DNA of 64,000 bases from Hydrolagus affinis (Eukaryota). A program made the position numbers and the translations under genes. Positions 1-10,899 of the stretch are shown here, one piece after another (the stretch's first letter is position 1; every line of letters begins with the position of its first letter). The stretch spans positions 1 through 64,000 of the forward strand of contig JAAILG010001424.1 of assembly GCA_012026655.1 (NCBI GenBank), read 5' to 3'. Below the pieces are notes generated by a model, which saw nothing but the letters and a program-made list of their open reading frames with translations, ran no database searches and was not told the DNA's origin.

Positions 1-137
1 TAAAGCATATGAAATTTACGTTTCGCTGTTAAAAGTTGTTCTCTGAACGTTCAGCGAACGTTGACTGCGAACATTGGACGTTCGACCTCGAGCAGACGTT
101 CAGTCAACGTTTAGTTAACATTCAAATGCTAGCTGGG
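1..137. mobile_element. Right end of a non-autonomous DNA transposon (EnSpm/CACTA-like), truncated by the window edge
   Basis: Ends TGCTAGCTGGG (reverse CCCAGCTAGCA), preceded by many (A)ACGTT subterminal repeats; CpG-rich against AT background. Confidence 0.55.
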
Positions 138-339
138 TAGGCTTATGGTACGCAGTGTATCAGATGTTAAAGTATGCACTGCATTGCAATTTAATATAAT
201 AATTTAACAGTCAACGGTAACATAAAATAAACTATAGTGATTTAATTTTCTGAAAGTGTGTTAATGCCTGGGGAAGCAACATCAAAGAACCTTGCATAAA
301 GCATTTTATATAAGAATAACACTGTGGTTTGATATAATG

Positions 340-620
340 CCACATGATTGATTGCTCCTCACTTTTAGAGCTCACCTCAAGACTTACCTCTTTGACCACA
401 CATCTGTGGAATTTCATGCTTAGGTGGGATGTGTGGAACTCTGGTTTGGATACACTGAAGGCTGTTAATAGATTTTCAAATGTGTTCAGCACACATTCTG
501 TATATTTTCCTTCCCCACCCTCTTCAACTCCAATCCCAGATTAGGGTGCCCAGTCAGCTGTATGTAGCATTTTGAGTTGTCCATCTGACGTGAAAGGTGC
601 TATATGCATACAAACTGTAT
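340..620 (+). mobile_element. L2 LINE 3' fragment
   Basis: ctcaagacttacctctttgacc and 3' motif gacgtgaaaggtgctatatgcatacaa, shared with other L2 ends in the window. Confidence 0.55.
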
Positions 621-638
621 TATTATGTTTATATTCAC

Positions 639-738
639 CTCTGCCTTCTTATTTCTTCTTGAGTTTCTTTCTCATAAGCATGTCTGTCTCCCTGCAGGTT
701 TCGCTCTTTTAGCTGCAAAGCAGCTACTTCATTCTCAC
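639..738 (-). CDS. Coding exon 2 of a CCDC63/ODAD1(CCDC114)-like outer dynein arm docking coiled-coil gene
   Basis: TTGTGTTCTCAG| ... |GTGAAT, phase 1-2; (S)ENEVAALQLKERNLQGDRHAYEKETQEEIRRQ(R) resembles the ODAD1/CCDC63 N-terminal motif LQRQxRxMEGDRxAYxxESQExIRKQ. Confidence 0.75.
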
Positions 739-3145
739 CTGAGAACACAAAATTTCTTGAAATTCACAGCACGTACCATCCCTTGCAATGTACAGTATTT
801 TGGAAAATAAAATAAATAATGCTATATAATCCAAATTGGAAATGGGGAACGACAAAGTAAATGATCAGTTCAAGATGATAGCAAGATAAATAAACCGTTA
901 GAAAAATGAACCGAAAAAGAACACAAAGAATAATTAATTATTGTGCTGTATGGTGTCGTGGGACTGAGAGCAGATTCCATGTTTCGGATTCAGAGCATAA
1001 ATCTGCTCTCAATCATATAAACACTGTTGAGAAATAATGTATCATATCTGTGTAGGTTTATCTTGACTATCAGGTTCAAAAAATAAACAAACAGAAGAAA
1101 CTGTAAAGGAAGTAGAGAAGTGTTGACTTAGTATTAGTGCTTCTCCTATTACTAATGTAAGGAACCTGGATGTCCTGCTGGAGTGAAGAGACCTTTTCCT
1201 ATCTTCTGCTTCTATCTATTCTTTCTCCTCCACACTCACTCTATTTTTAACTTGTTGAGTATAAAACATTTTGTGTTGACTTTTAAACAACAACCTAAAT
1301 AATTCAGCACAAATTGCTCTGATAATTCAGATCCATTTGTTTTAGATTTACATCCAAATAGTTTCTCTGTCAATAAACAAATGTTTTTCTTAAAAAAAGG
1401 AGGGAATAGATTTAAAGTTAAAATAGTTAGCAGAAATGGTTAAAATAGGTCATTCACAGTCATATATTTTAAGATATTTTATTTCCATGCTGATTTTATC
1501 CAGTTGAAAGTAACATTGCAATATTAAATAGCTTTGTTGGAGTTTCTGTAATCTTGCCAGCAGTCTAAGTGTTAAAATATTCTCTTGCTGAGTGATGAAT
1601 GAGATTCAACGGTGTGGTTGTGTGTGAGTAAATCGTCATATCTGATCATCATTCTATTCCTCCAGTTTACTCTTTTCTCTCTGATGCTTTGAAGATAAAA
1701 CAAATTAGATTTTGTGTTGCCCAGCTACATTTTCCTGATTTCATTTTTATATAACAAATAGGCACCTTTAAAACATTGGTCAAAACTATCTATCAGCATC
1801 CACACAAAAGTTAAACTGTTTACCTTGAATAATCTATGAGCAACCCTACTTTCCATTAATCATCTTCCATTTTCCAATTTCATAGGTAACAGCCAAGAAG
1901 GGTTTTGACTAAGAAACATTTGGTAACTTGCTCTGCCGGTCCATTGGTCTCTTTTGCAAAGGTTGAGACTCAAATCACTACCCACCTTATTGTCCATTCA
2001 CACTTGAGCTAACATTCTTTGAACACTTGAAAACATTCATCCTAGGTACCTAACATCATTCAAGAATAAAAGGTCATCCATATGTCTCACATTACCACAT
2101 TGCTCTGGAAAACTCCACACTGAATACCCACAAAATTCCAAATCACAAAAAGAAGACATTAAAATTAATTTATCTCCCTTTTCACTCCTTTTTGTGGTGA
2201 TACTGCTGGCTACTCAGTCCCTGTAGCTTATAATTATGGTTTATAATTCCGGTGGAGCTAACAGTTTCTGGGACCCATAAAATCTAAACACAAGCTATAA
2301 ATTCATTGCTTTTGTGTGAAGCAGGCAAACTCACTCCCTGTATATGAGCCAGTTCATCGACCGAAAGAAAAAAGACCAACAGAAAATGGATACTGTAGTA
2401 ATGTTTTGGATGACCTAATGACCTACAAATTGGAGATTTTTTTTTAGTAAGTGAAGTTAAAATGTCAGGCTGGGTCATCAAGTTAGCACCAATGTCACTT
2501 CCTGCCTTGAATATGCACAGCATAACAGGAGGTATAAACATGTTTTACAGATATGCAGTGGTCGGCGGAACACCTATAGAATATCTTAGTAAAATCAGTA
2601 TCAAAAAGGGTGCTCACAGCATTCAACAGATTTCCTGTTGTTTGTACTATCCAGTTACTATGTTCACTTTGGACTAACAATTTTACACTTTGGCTATAGA
2701 TGCAGCAATCTCAGTTTTGCTCACCCTCATTAACCTGTTTGCTGCCATCCTGCTTTGCTGCTGATAACCCCATGGGAGATCTGGTTTCTAAAAACACAAT
2801 AGATTAAATGAGCAACATGATAGCATGATATTCTCAACAAACAGAAAAAACCCCCATTATTGCACCTGTATTCTTTGAAGTTGAACAAACAACCACCATA
2901 CAGATTTGAGCTGAAAGCATTAAATAATAAAAATAATAAATAATTAAATAATTATATAATCAAGTTCTCTGTTGGAAATTACTTGTTACAAAATAAACAA
3001 TCAAGTTCATCCACAGAATACAGTCAATTAACTTTCAATATATTTGGTGACGCACTGGAGATGTCTCAACAATTGTTAAGGCAATATATCAAATGCAATA
3101 ATAATAAATTATTGCAAGTTGTACACCTAAATCCAGGATTAAATC

Positions 3146-3231
3146 CATTTTTCAGCCATTGTAAAAGACTCCAAAGAACAAAAAATGTGTATTTTTTGTT
3201 CTTTGGAGTCTTTTACAATGGCTGAAAAATG
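3146..3231. repeat. Perfect inverted repeat (41-bp arms, 4-nt loop)
   Basis: 3146-3186 is the exact reverse complement of 3191-3231; loop GTGT. Confidence 0.95.
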
Positions 3232-3523
3232 TAATTTGAATAGATTCAGTAGGATTTGCAATCAGAAACAATAAATGCATTGTTGAAACCTTTAAGCTCA
3301 GCCATCATGTTAATCAAGTAAATTTGACTTCAATCCACTCTTTCTATAAGAAATGTATTTGAAATGTACCCATTGAATCATTTTCATTTGCATCCGAAAT
3401 GAACATTACCAACTCTCAAAATTATAGTCAACTTTATACTAACTTGGAATGAACAAATCTATGAAATTATAGACAATTTAAACAGTTCAGAAAAAATTTA
3501 TTGTTTTGAAATGTGTTACTCAC

Positions 3524-3566
3524 TCTGGCTTCCTTTAAGTTCCATTCCTTTCTTAGGTTTCACCAT
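3524..3566 (-). CDS. Putative first coding exon of the CCDC63/ODAD1-like gene (exon probably 3524-3588)
   Basis: ATG at 3566, MVKPKKGMELKGSQ, then A|GTGAGT donor (phase 1) joining in frame to exon 639-738; acceptor ATCTTCAG at 3589. Confidence 0.6.
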
Positions 3567-5498
3567 TCTGATGGAAGCATAACCTTTTCTGAAGATCGTA
3601 CTCCAAATGAAAAGGGTGATGGATGATGAAGGCTTTATTAGCAGAGAAATTAAATTGTGAGACTTTATATAATTTAGTATATAAGTAAGAAATAAAATTT
3701 GAATCTTGAGCAACTTCAGAATCCTATTACATGTACTTGTAAAACTTACAGTCTTCCAAACAGGGATTTCAGGTCTCCAATGAACTGGTTTGAAGACTAG
3801 TTGATAATTGTCTTTTTGTGCACAATAAAACAGCAATAATTTACTGGTTGTGAGAGTACTACTGATCCTGATTAAGAAGCTTAGAAACAAAATAATAATG
3901 TGTGCAAAATATTTACCTGCCAAGTAAGACACAAATTGAATAAGTAACAGGTCAGGTGTTATCAGTTACTATAGAAGTTACAGAGTAAGCAAAGTTCAAA
4001 CAGCGTTTCCAGGCATTCATTCCGTGGGAGAGACACAGAAGAAAAGGTTCATTAATCATAAACCCCTTCGATTACAACAAAGCAACCTCTTTTCTTAAAA
4101 CAGAGTACTGTATGTTTTTGTACAAAAAAAGGGAAAAAAAATTCCCATTCACAAAGAACAATATTAGTTAGTCTAATACTTGATGTTACACAGATTTCTA
4201 AAACAATTACAGGTATATGCCATATTCTCACTGGTATACCAGGATCATTAAAAAGTGTGTTTCTTGAGTTTCAAAAGCTCCCAAATTAAAAAGATTAAAA
4301 ATAGTTTCTTTCATTGCAAAACATATTACGAATGTTAGTAGTTGGTGACCACTAACTAACCACTAAACATTATGGTTAGTGATGTGGCAGTAATCTATAT
4401 GTGAGGAATAGTAGCAACTTAAACTGTTATACCTTTGGTTATGACCAACAGGAAGTCACAAGACTTTCATAATAGGGAACTCTTGACTATTAAAGCCACT
4501 TTAATCTATATGTTGTACAGATAGGAATTGTTTAAATCAGTCCAATATTGCAACTAAATTTTGTTCATGAAAAAATTATGCAATGATGCACTCCACAGTC
4601 ATACTTTTAAGGTTAAACCGTCTATATTTTCAGCCACTATATCAACCGATTCATCATTTATTGGTTATTCATTAACCATGGGTTAATACAGAATATGTTT
4701 TGTTACTATTAAGTGTAGGAATGTTTTAATTAAAGTGGACACATTAACGATAGTCTGGCAGTAGCCAAGATAACTTGTTTGACTCCCAACCAAAATATCG
4801 CAAGCTCTAGCATGTTAACAATTCATTAGTCAGTGTCATAATCTTAGATTGAGTTACATGCCTCTGTCAGCTATGGCATGAGGTCACACTGTATGCCAGC
4901 TTCACCTCTGAGTTTCCTTTCATTGTTGCTGAACCCATCAGTGATTGGTCTTTTCTCTGATAGAAAAGCTGAATGTTTTTATTAGATCACTGTTTGTTGT
5001 GGTCAGTCAGGTGTACTACTGTAATACAGCAGGATATCATATTTTTAATGAATGCCACAGCACCATTCAATCACATGATTTACTTACAATCGATAAGTCA
5101 CAGAGTAGATTTTCAGTTGTATATGGAATATTTCTAATATTGCTTGCATATGCACACATCATACCATTTTAACACTAGAATTGTATTCAATACTATATTT
5201 TATTGACAGTTGCTGTTACTATCTTGTCTTTTGGATGGATCTAGATTGACTTGCATGTCACATTTGCTTAACAATGTCTGGAAAAAGAACTGATGTCTTT
5301 CAAAAAAAACAAATGTTTTGAATCACAGCAATGCAGAATTCAACACATTGCGATTTCACAGCAAATCTTTACTTTGTCGAAACAGATATTGATTTCAAGG
5401 ACATGACACGAGAGAAAAAAAACAATATAGTAGATCTATCTTTAGTTTGGAAAGTCAATAGCCTCAGTTAACCCTGTTTCCTCTTGAATAATTAAATA

Positions 5499-6215
5499 CA
5501 GTAGAAGCCCGTTTATCTGTGATTCCATATAACCGGCATGCCAAAAAAAAAGTCCCCATTCGATAAACCGGAACTTATCCAGAACAATAGCAGTGGAGCA
5601 TTTGTAAATGCATAAATAACATAACAACAGAATACTGCATTGGCACTCACTGTCAAAACCACTCTCCCGCACACCCCCACCCCCGCTGGTAGAAGCTGCG
5701 CTTGAATCCATGATGCTGTGGTTGAGGTTTACAGTCCAGCGACTCCCCCCAAAATGGAGCACGCCAAGCGGGCAAAAAAAACGGAGCGCGTATGACTTTA
5801 AAGTCATACTAGCAGCAAGCCGATAACACTAGCCGATAACCCACATTGTCGCACAGGTGCAGTATTTCGGTTTGCCACTAGTAGAGTCTAGGGCTTCGGC
5901 TTGCAGCTAGTAAAGTCATGCGACTTAAAATCGTGCTGCCGCCTTTTTCACCCACCTGGCGGCCCCCATTTAACAAAAGGATTGCTGGACTGCAAACCCC
6001 AACCAGCAAAGATGAGAAGCGCAAGAGAGCAACCCCAACAACAAGCACCAACACAACATTCCGTCACTATCTGCCATCTGGTGTGTATGGTGTATGTTAA
6101 AAGAACTTTAATTTTTTTGGAGTGGGTTTTTGGCGTGAGCCACCCGAATATCCAGCAATTGCTTTAACCGGCATTGGCCAGGTCCCGTGGGTGCCGGATA
6201 AACGGGCTTCTATTG
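5499..6215. mobile_element. Tc1/mariner (pogo/Tigger-like) non-autonomous element, 717 bp
   Basis: TIRs CAGTAGAAGCCCGTTTATC / GATAAACGGGCTTCTATTG, TA on both sides (5497-98, 6216-17). Confidence 0.9.
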
Positions 6216-7261
6216 TAGTCATTTTATTTTGAGCAGGAGCTCCAACATTTAATCTTCAAAAAGAAAGTTCAACTGCAACTGAATTGTACTGAACACAAAC
6301 CCTTCCATTAACATGAGAGAAGCTAAGTTTACTTACTATTGTTTCTCATGCTCCAGAGTAAGGTGCCAAATGCTATAAGTCATTGGTAACTGCTGCTCTT
6401 GATACACAAGTACACCTAAAGCATGTCAGTTAAATGAACAATTCACCAAAATCAAGGTATTGTAAATATTTTAATTAGAAGAAGCCATTGGAGCTTTTGA
6501 AGGTAGTTTAAATGAGATTATGGTTACCTGTCTGGTGTAAGAGTGGATTTAGAAAATCTGAATATGAATGGAAAGAAAATATGAATGGAAAAATCAATAC
6601 AGAATCAGTATTATTCTCACGACTCATTCTCACTGATGCAATGTTTCTTCCTATTAGCCATCACATTTAGTTATATGTCCATCAATTTTCCTTCTATTCT
6701 TCCAGTTTTTCAGACCTTACCCTTGTGTAACTATTTAAATATGAACAATATGTACAGTAGCAAATTAAATAAACAATTTTCTTTGGTTCAGTTTGAATAT
6801 TTTACTGTTAAGTACAGGGGTTACATAAAGCCACTGGAAAACAGACTAAAACACATTTCAACTCACTGAAAAAGCAATGTTAAACAATCAATCAATCACT
6901 AAAATAATGAGTGAAATTTTAATTAATTGGAAATGTAATTCAAAGACAATTAATGCACGAAACACATTAACAAAAAGCTTTCACATGCCATATCTGGCCC
7001 TAGTTACTGTTAAGACAAAAACACTGGAAAACAATATAACAAATGTTACACTGAAAAAAAGTTAACGTATTTGGGAAACAAATAAACACAAAGAATGCTG
7101 AAAATAATAACACTCAGCACCAACACAGTCACTCATATTGAAAAGATCAAAATCTTGTTATTGTAAAACTGCAATTACATATATATATATGAGATTTTTG
7201 ACTTACCAAGCAGTAATTTTAGGATTTATAATTACAGATTTGATGTTTCATTTTCAATAAC

Positions 7262-7383
7262 CTAAATGACAATGAGATTAGGAAGTCCATACATTATGAA
7301 GTTAAAAGATGACTGAAAAATATTTGTATCTTCTAAAGTGTTGAGGCTGGGCTGGGCTGTAGGTTTAGCTGAAAGCTCCTTTT
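7262..7383 (-). CDS. CFAP46: CFAP46 terminal coding exon (window exon 54)
   Basis: TTTTTCAG| phase 1; ...SSFNFIMYGLPNLIVI-TAG, conserved YGLP C-terminal motif. Confidence 0.85.
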
Positions 7384-7575
7384 CTGAAAAACAAAGGATA
7401 TTCGGATATTAAAAAAATGCAACTAACAAACAAAAACTGAAATATCTCTTGAACAATCTTAATTGACTAATAATTGCATACCTTGGATTAAGATAATGCC
7501 CAAACCCACAGTAACTACATTAATAATAATTTACATTCATAATAGTGAGTCACAGAAAAAACCCTGTACATGTTT

Positions 7576-7836
7576 AATAATAATAATAATCCTATCATCC
7601 TAGATGTCTCAAAGTGCTTCACAGAATATACTGTGAAGTGAATTTGTGAGTGAAACGCAGCAGCCAATAGCGCACAGCAGTGTCCCACCAACAGCCATGG
7701 ATTGAAATGACCAATTTATTATAGGGTTTTTGGGGGACAGACTATTATTAGGCATGTGGAGTAAGAAAACTTGCCCAAGGTTTCGCCTTGACCTGCCTGG
7801 ATTCGAAACACGGGTCTCATGTTTGTACAGGACTCC
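7576..7836 (-). mobile_element. tRNA-derived SINE (family A), head partly deleted
   Basis: (TAA)n tail, shared body, B-box TTCGAATCC on minus strand. Confidence 0.85.
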
Positions 7837-8549
7837 ATATATGGAACCATGTAAATTGAAGCATTTGTTTGTAAGTGTTTGTAAAATAAGACCTCCATCA
7901 GCTTGTTTGCTTTATTTCTAAACATAATGGATTATTTAAGAAATATTGAAAATAAGTTATTTTAATAGGGAGAGGTATAAAATTGAGGACTCTCATATTG
8001 GATGCATATGTTCCAAGTGAACTAAGGAGTTCCTATGTTTAAGAACTTTCTTGCTATAGCTTAGTTTAAATACACAACTGGATTTGGAAAGTTTATAGAG
8101 GAGTTCAGAAGATGGGAACATTCAAATGTAGTATTTGAAACATGTGAGCCAAGACAAAACATCACAAAAGCTAACATATGTCACATTACATTTCTATGTG
8201 GCTTTTAAAAAAAAATTGGAAATGGTTCAATTCGAGTTAAATTTGGTTTGGTAGTGAGCCATATATAAACATTATGTTACTAAGCATATCAATTTCAATC
8301 TAAGCAGACACTAATAACCAGATCTTTACTTTTGCCAAATGAATCACAATGCAGTGACAACGTGCTTGAACTCATTTATATCACATTTCAAATCTTTTTG
8401 CTGTATAAGTGAATCATTAATCAAGCATAGTAATAATGTCAAAATATCAACATACCCAGGAAAAACAAATTAAACTGCCACTACAAAAAATGTAGAAACT
8501 CATTTTACATTCTTATAGAGAAAGGTACAGGTAGTGCTAATGGTTTACT

Positions 8550-8672
8550 TTAATTGGCTGCGTGTTTTGCCCACAAAATATACAGTTAATTCATTTTATA
8601 GTATATTCTGTGAAGCGCTTTGAGTTGCCTCAAAGACATGACAAGGTGCTATATCAAATGCAAGGATTATTA
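8550..8672 (+). mobile_element. SINE family A, 3' half
   Basis: ttggctgcgtgttttgcccac...gtgaagcgctttgag...caaatgcaaggattattat. Confidence 0.8.
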
Positions 8673-9165
8673 TGATATACAGTACTACACACAAAATCTG
8701 AATTAATCTTGTTTTTTTAATTTCAAGTTAGTCTAAATCCAGATTTTCTTGGCTTTAATATGTATTGGTATATTTTGGTACATTGTGCTAATTTTGCAAA
8801 GCATTTGCATTCATTTAAATCTAAATTTTATGTAATATGCTACTAAACCATGAAAAAAAACAAAAACTTAGCATTGAATGTCCCAATTCTCAACGGGACC
8901 ACCTGTCCTACTGCTACCTTATTCCCCGATAAAGCAACTTTAAGATTAAAGTTGTTCTAATACTGTACTTATAATACAAGAAGTCAATCTGAGCCACATG
9001 AGTGATTGAAGAAATCAATACTTGAAGACGTCTTCACCTCACTCACTAAAATGTAGATTTAGAAACATGCTTCTCTGAGATCTTCATTCACAGATGACTC
9101 GGCAGTAAGTTTTCTACTGTAAGTGCTACTTGAGCAGTCTTACCAAAATGGATACTATTACATAC

Positions 9166-9264
9166 CTAGAAGTAGCTCAGATGTTCTTCCATCATTATTT
9201 ATAACAGAATTCTTATCACTTGTAGATTCCTTTTCTGCTAGAATATTTTCAGGTTCTAAGATAT
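9166..9264 (-). CDS. CFAP46: CFAP46 exon 53 (low conservation, phase 1-1)
   Basis: TTTCTTGTAG| ILEPENILAEKESTSDKNSVINNDGRTSELLL |GTATGT; open frame, good splice sites. Confidence 0.6.
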
Positions 9265-9551
9265 CTACAAGAAACAAATTTCTGATTATGCTTACCTCAA
9301 TTATACTATACAGTAAAACTTGCATAAATCTTATCTTTATAAATTGTATAATTGCCTAAGTCATACATTCCCTGAATCCCATTCAGCTTCCTATCAAAAT
9401 CACTTAGATTTCTCTGCACTGGTTGTATTTATTACGACCTAATTCATAACGCTGCTGCCCTACTCTCCATTACTCACAATTTCCGGCTGCATTGAATTGT
9501 GGAAAATGGTGTCCTGACCCGTTGCCCCATGCATACTTACTGGCAGGATGC

Positions 9552-9916
9552 TAGGGTCCGGCGATATATCGATATATCAGTTATATCCGATATAATTTTC
9601 ATATTGATATTGGAATTTAAAATATATCGATATTGAAAAATTCGATATATCGAAGGAAAAAAAATCGATATATCGCAAATATCGATATACTGTGTCCGGC
9701 GATATATCGATATATTGGTATATATCGGTATAATGCGGACTTTTTCAACTTACCTTGTCGATATTCGAATGCGTGCGCATGTGCAAGACAAAAAAAAACA
9801 CGATATCGATCTATCAATATATATCGATATATCGGTATATATCAATATATCGGTATATGTCGATATGGGCAAACCGATATATCGGTATCGGAAAATTTCC
9901 ATATCGATGGACCCTA
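9552..9916. mobile_element. hAT-type MITE rich in CGATAT repeats, copy 1
   Basis: TIRs TAGGGTCCGGCGATAT / ATATCGATGGACCCTA; 8-bp TSD caggatgc/ccggatgc (7/8). Confidence 0.9.
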
Positions 9917-10426
9917 CCGGATGCCATTCAATCACGGGAAACACAGTCTTGATCCATTGACGCATGCGCAGAAGAATTACATTTTCTGAAATTCAATGCA
10001 ATTCGAATGCTTGCCGGTGAGTGTGCGTGTGGTGACAGGTCAAAACCCACTGAATCATGTGAAACATAGCATTTACTCATCGCTACATGCACACCTACTG
10101 GCTGCATTGAATTATGCATGCACAGTATAGATTATTGATTTTCGTTCACAAAATAGTCACTCCACTTTACATGATATCCTCCAAAGTGCTTTGACACGTT
10201 TCAACTATGTGTTATATCAAATTCAAGGATTGTTATTATAAATCAATTTGCCTGCAACTCAGATTTTGTCCACGTCATACTAAATATTACTGTCCAGACT
10301 GATATGACTTATGTGATATTTCTTATATTAATATAACAATAGTTATCACCCAACTAGTTATGTCTATAGCTTAATTTATAGAAACTCCATGCTCAAATTA
10401 TCAAAGAAAAATACCCCATATCAGCC

Positions 10427-10680
10427 TTAATGGCGGAGTCGGGCAATATTGTGGAGGTGAAGGAAGGCAGAGCGAGTCCTTGCTGCATCTGATATCCCCA
10501 AGTGTGAGCATGTAGATGTTAAAAAGTAGCGGGCCAAGGACGGAGCCCTGTGGGATGCTAGTGCGGGGGCTGGAAGAGAAGCCATTGGTGGCGACAAACT
10601 GGGGATAATGAGAAAGATAGGAGTCGAACCAGGTGAGTGCAGGTCTGTGGAGATTGAGCTGGGAGCAGCCTTCTGATTCA
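10427..10680 (-). mobile_element. L2 LINE ORF2 fragment
   Basis: Translates ...RTRSAFLHLHNIARLR, typical of L2 downstream of the RT domain. Confidence 0.65.
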
Positions 10681-10716
10681 CTGACACACGTGACAGTTTG
10701 ACAGCCAGAAACGAAC

Positions 10717-10806
10717 TGTCAACATCCTCAGTTCCTCTTCTGATAACATTTCTTGGTGCAGATTTGATGGTTTTGGTGTCTAGATGACCAGTTCCCGACA
10801 CCAGAT
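10717..10806 (-). CDS. CFAP46: CFAP46 exon 52 (low conservation; donor uncertain)
   Basis: TTTCTTGCAG| DLVSGTGHLDTKTIKSAPRNVIRRGTEDVD |GTTCGT, phase 1-1. Confidence 0.5.
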
Positions 10807-10899
10807 CTGCAAGAAATACATCTTACACATTGTGAAGAAAAATTCCTATGAATAAAAATGACGCGTTGCTTTCTGATTTGGCATATCTAACATCTCAGT

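Noticed and set aside
9617-9989. Overlapping IYRY/DISI-rich ORFs (also 14534-14975 and 30876-31466)
   Set aside because: Translations of the CGATAT MITE or of N gaps
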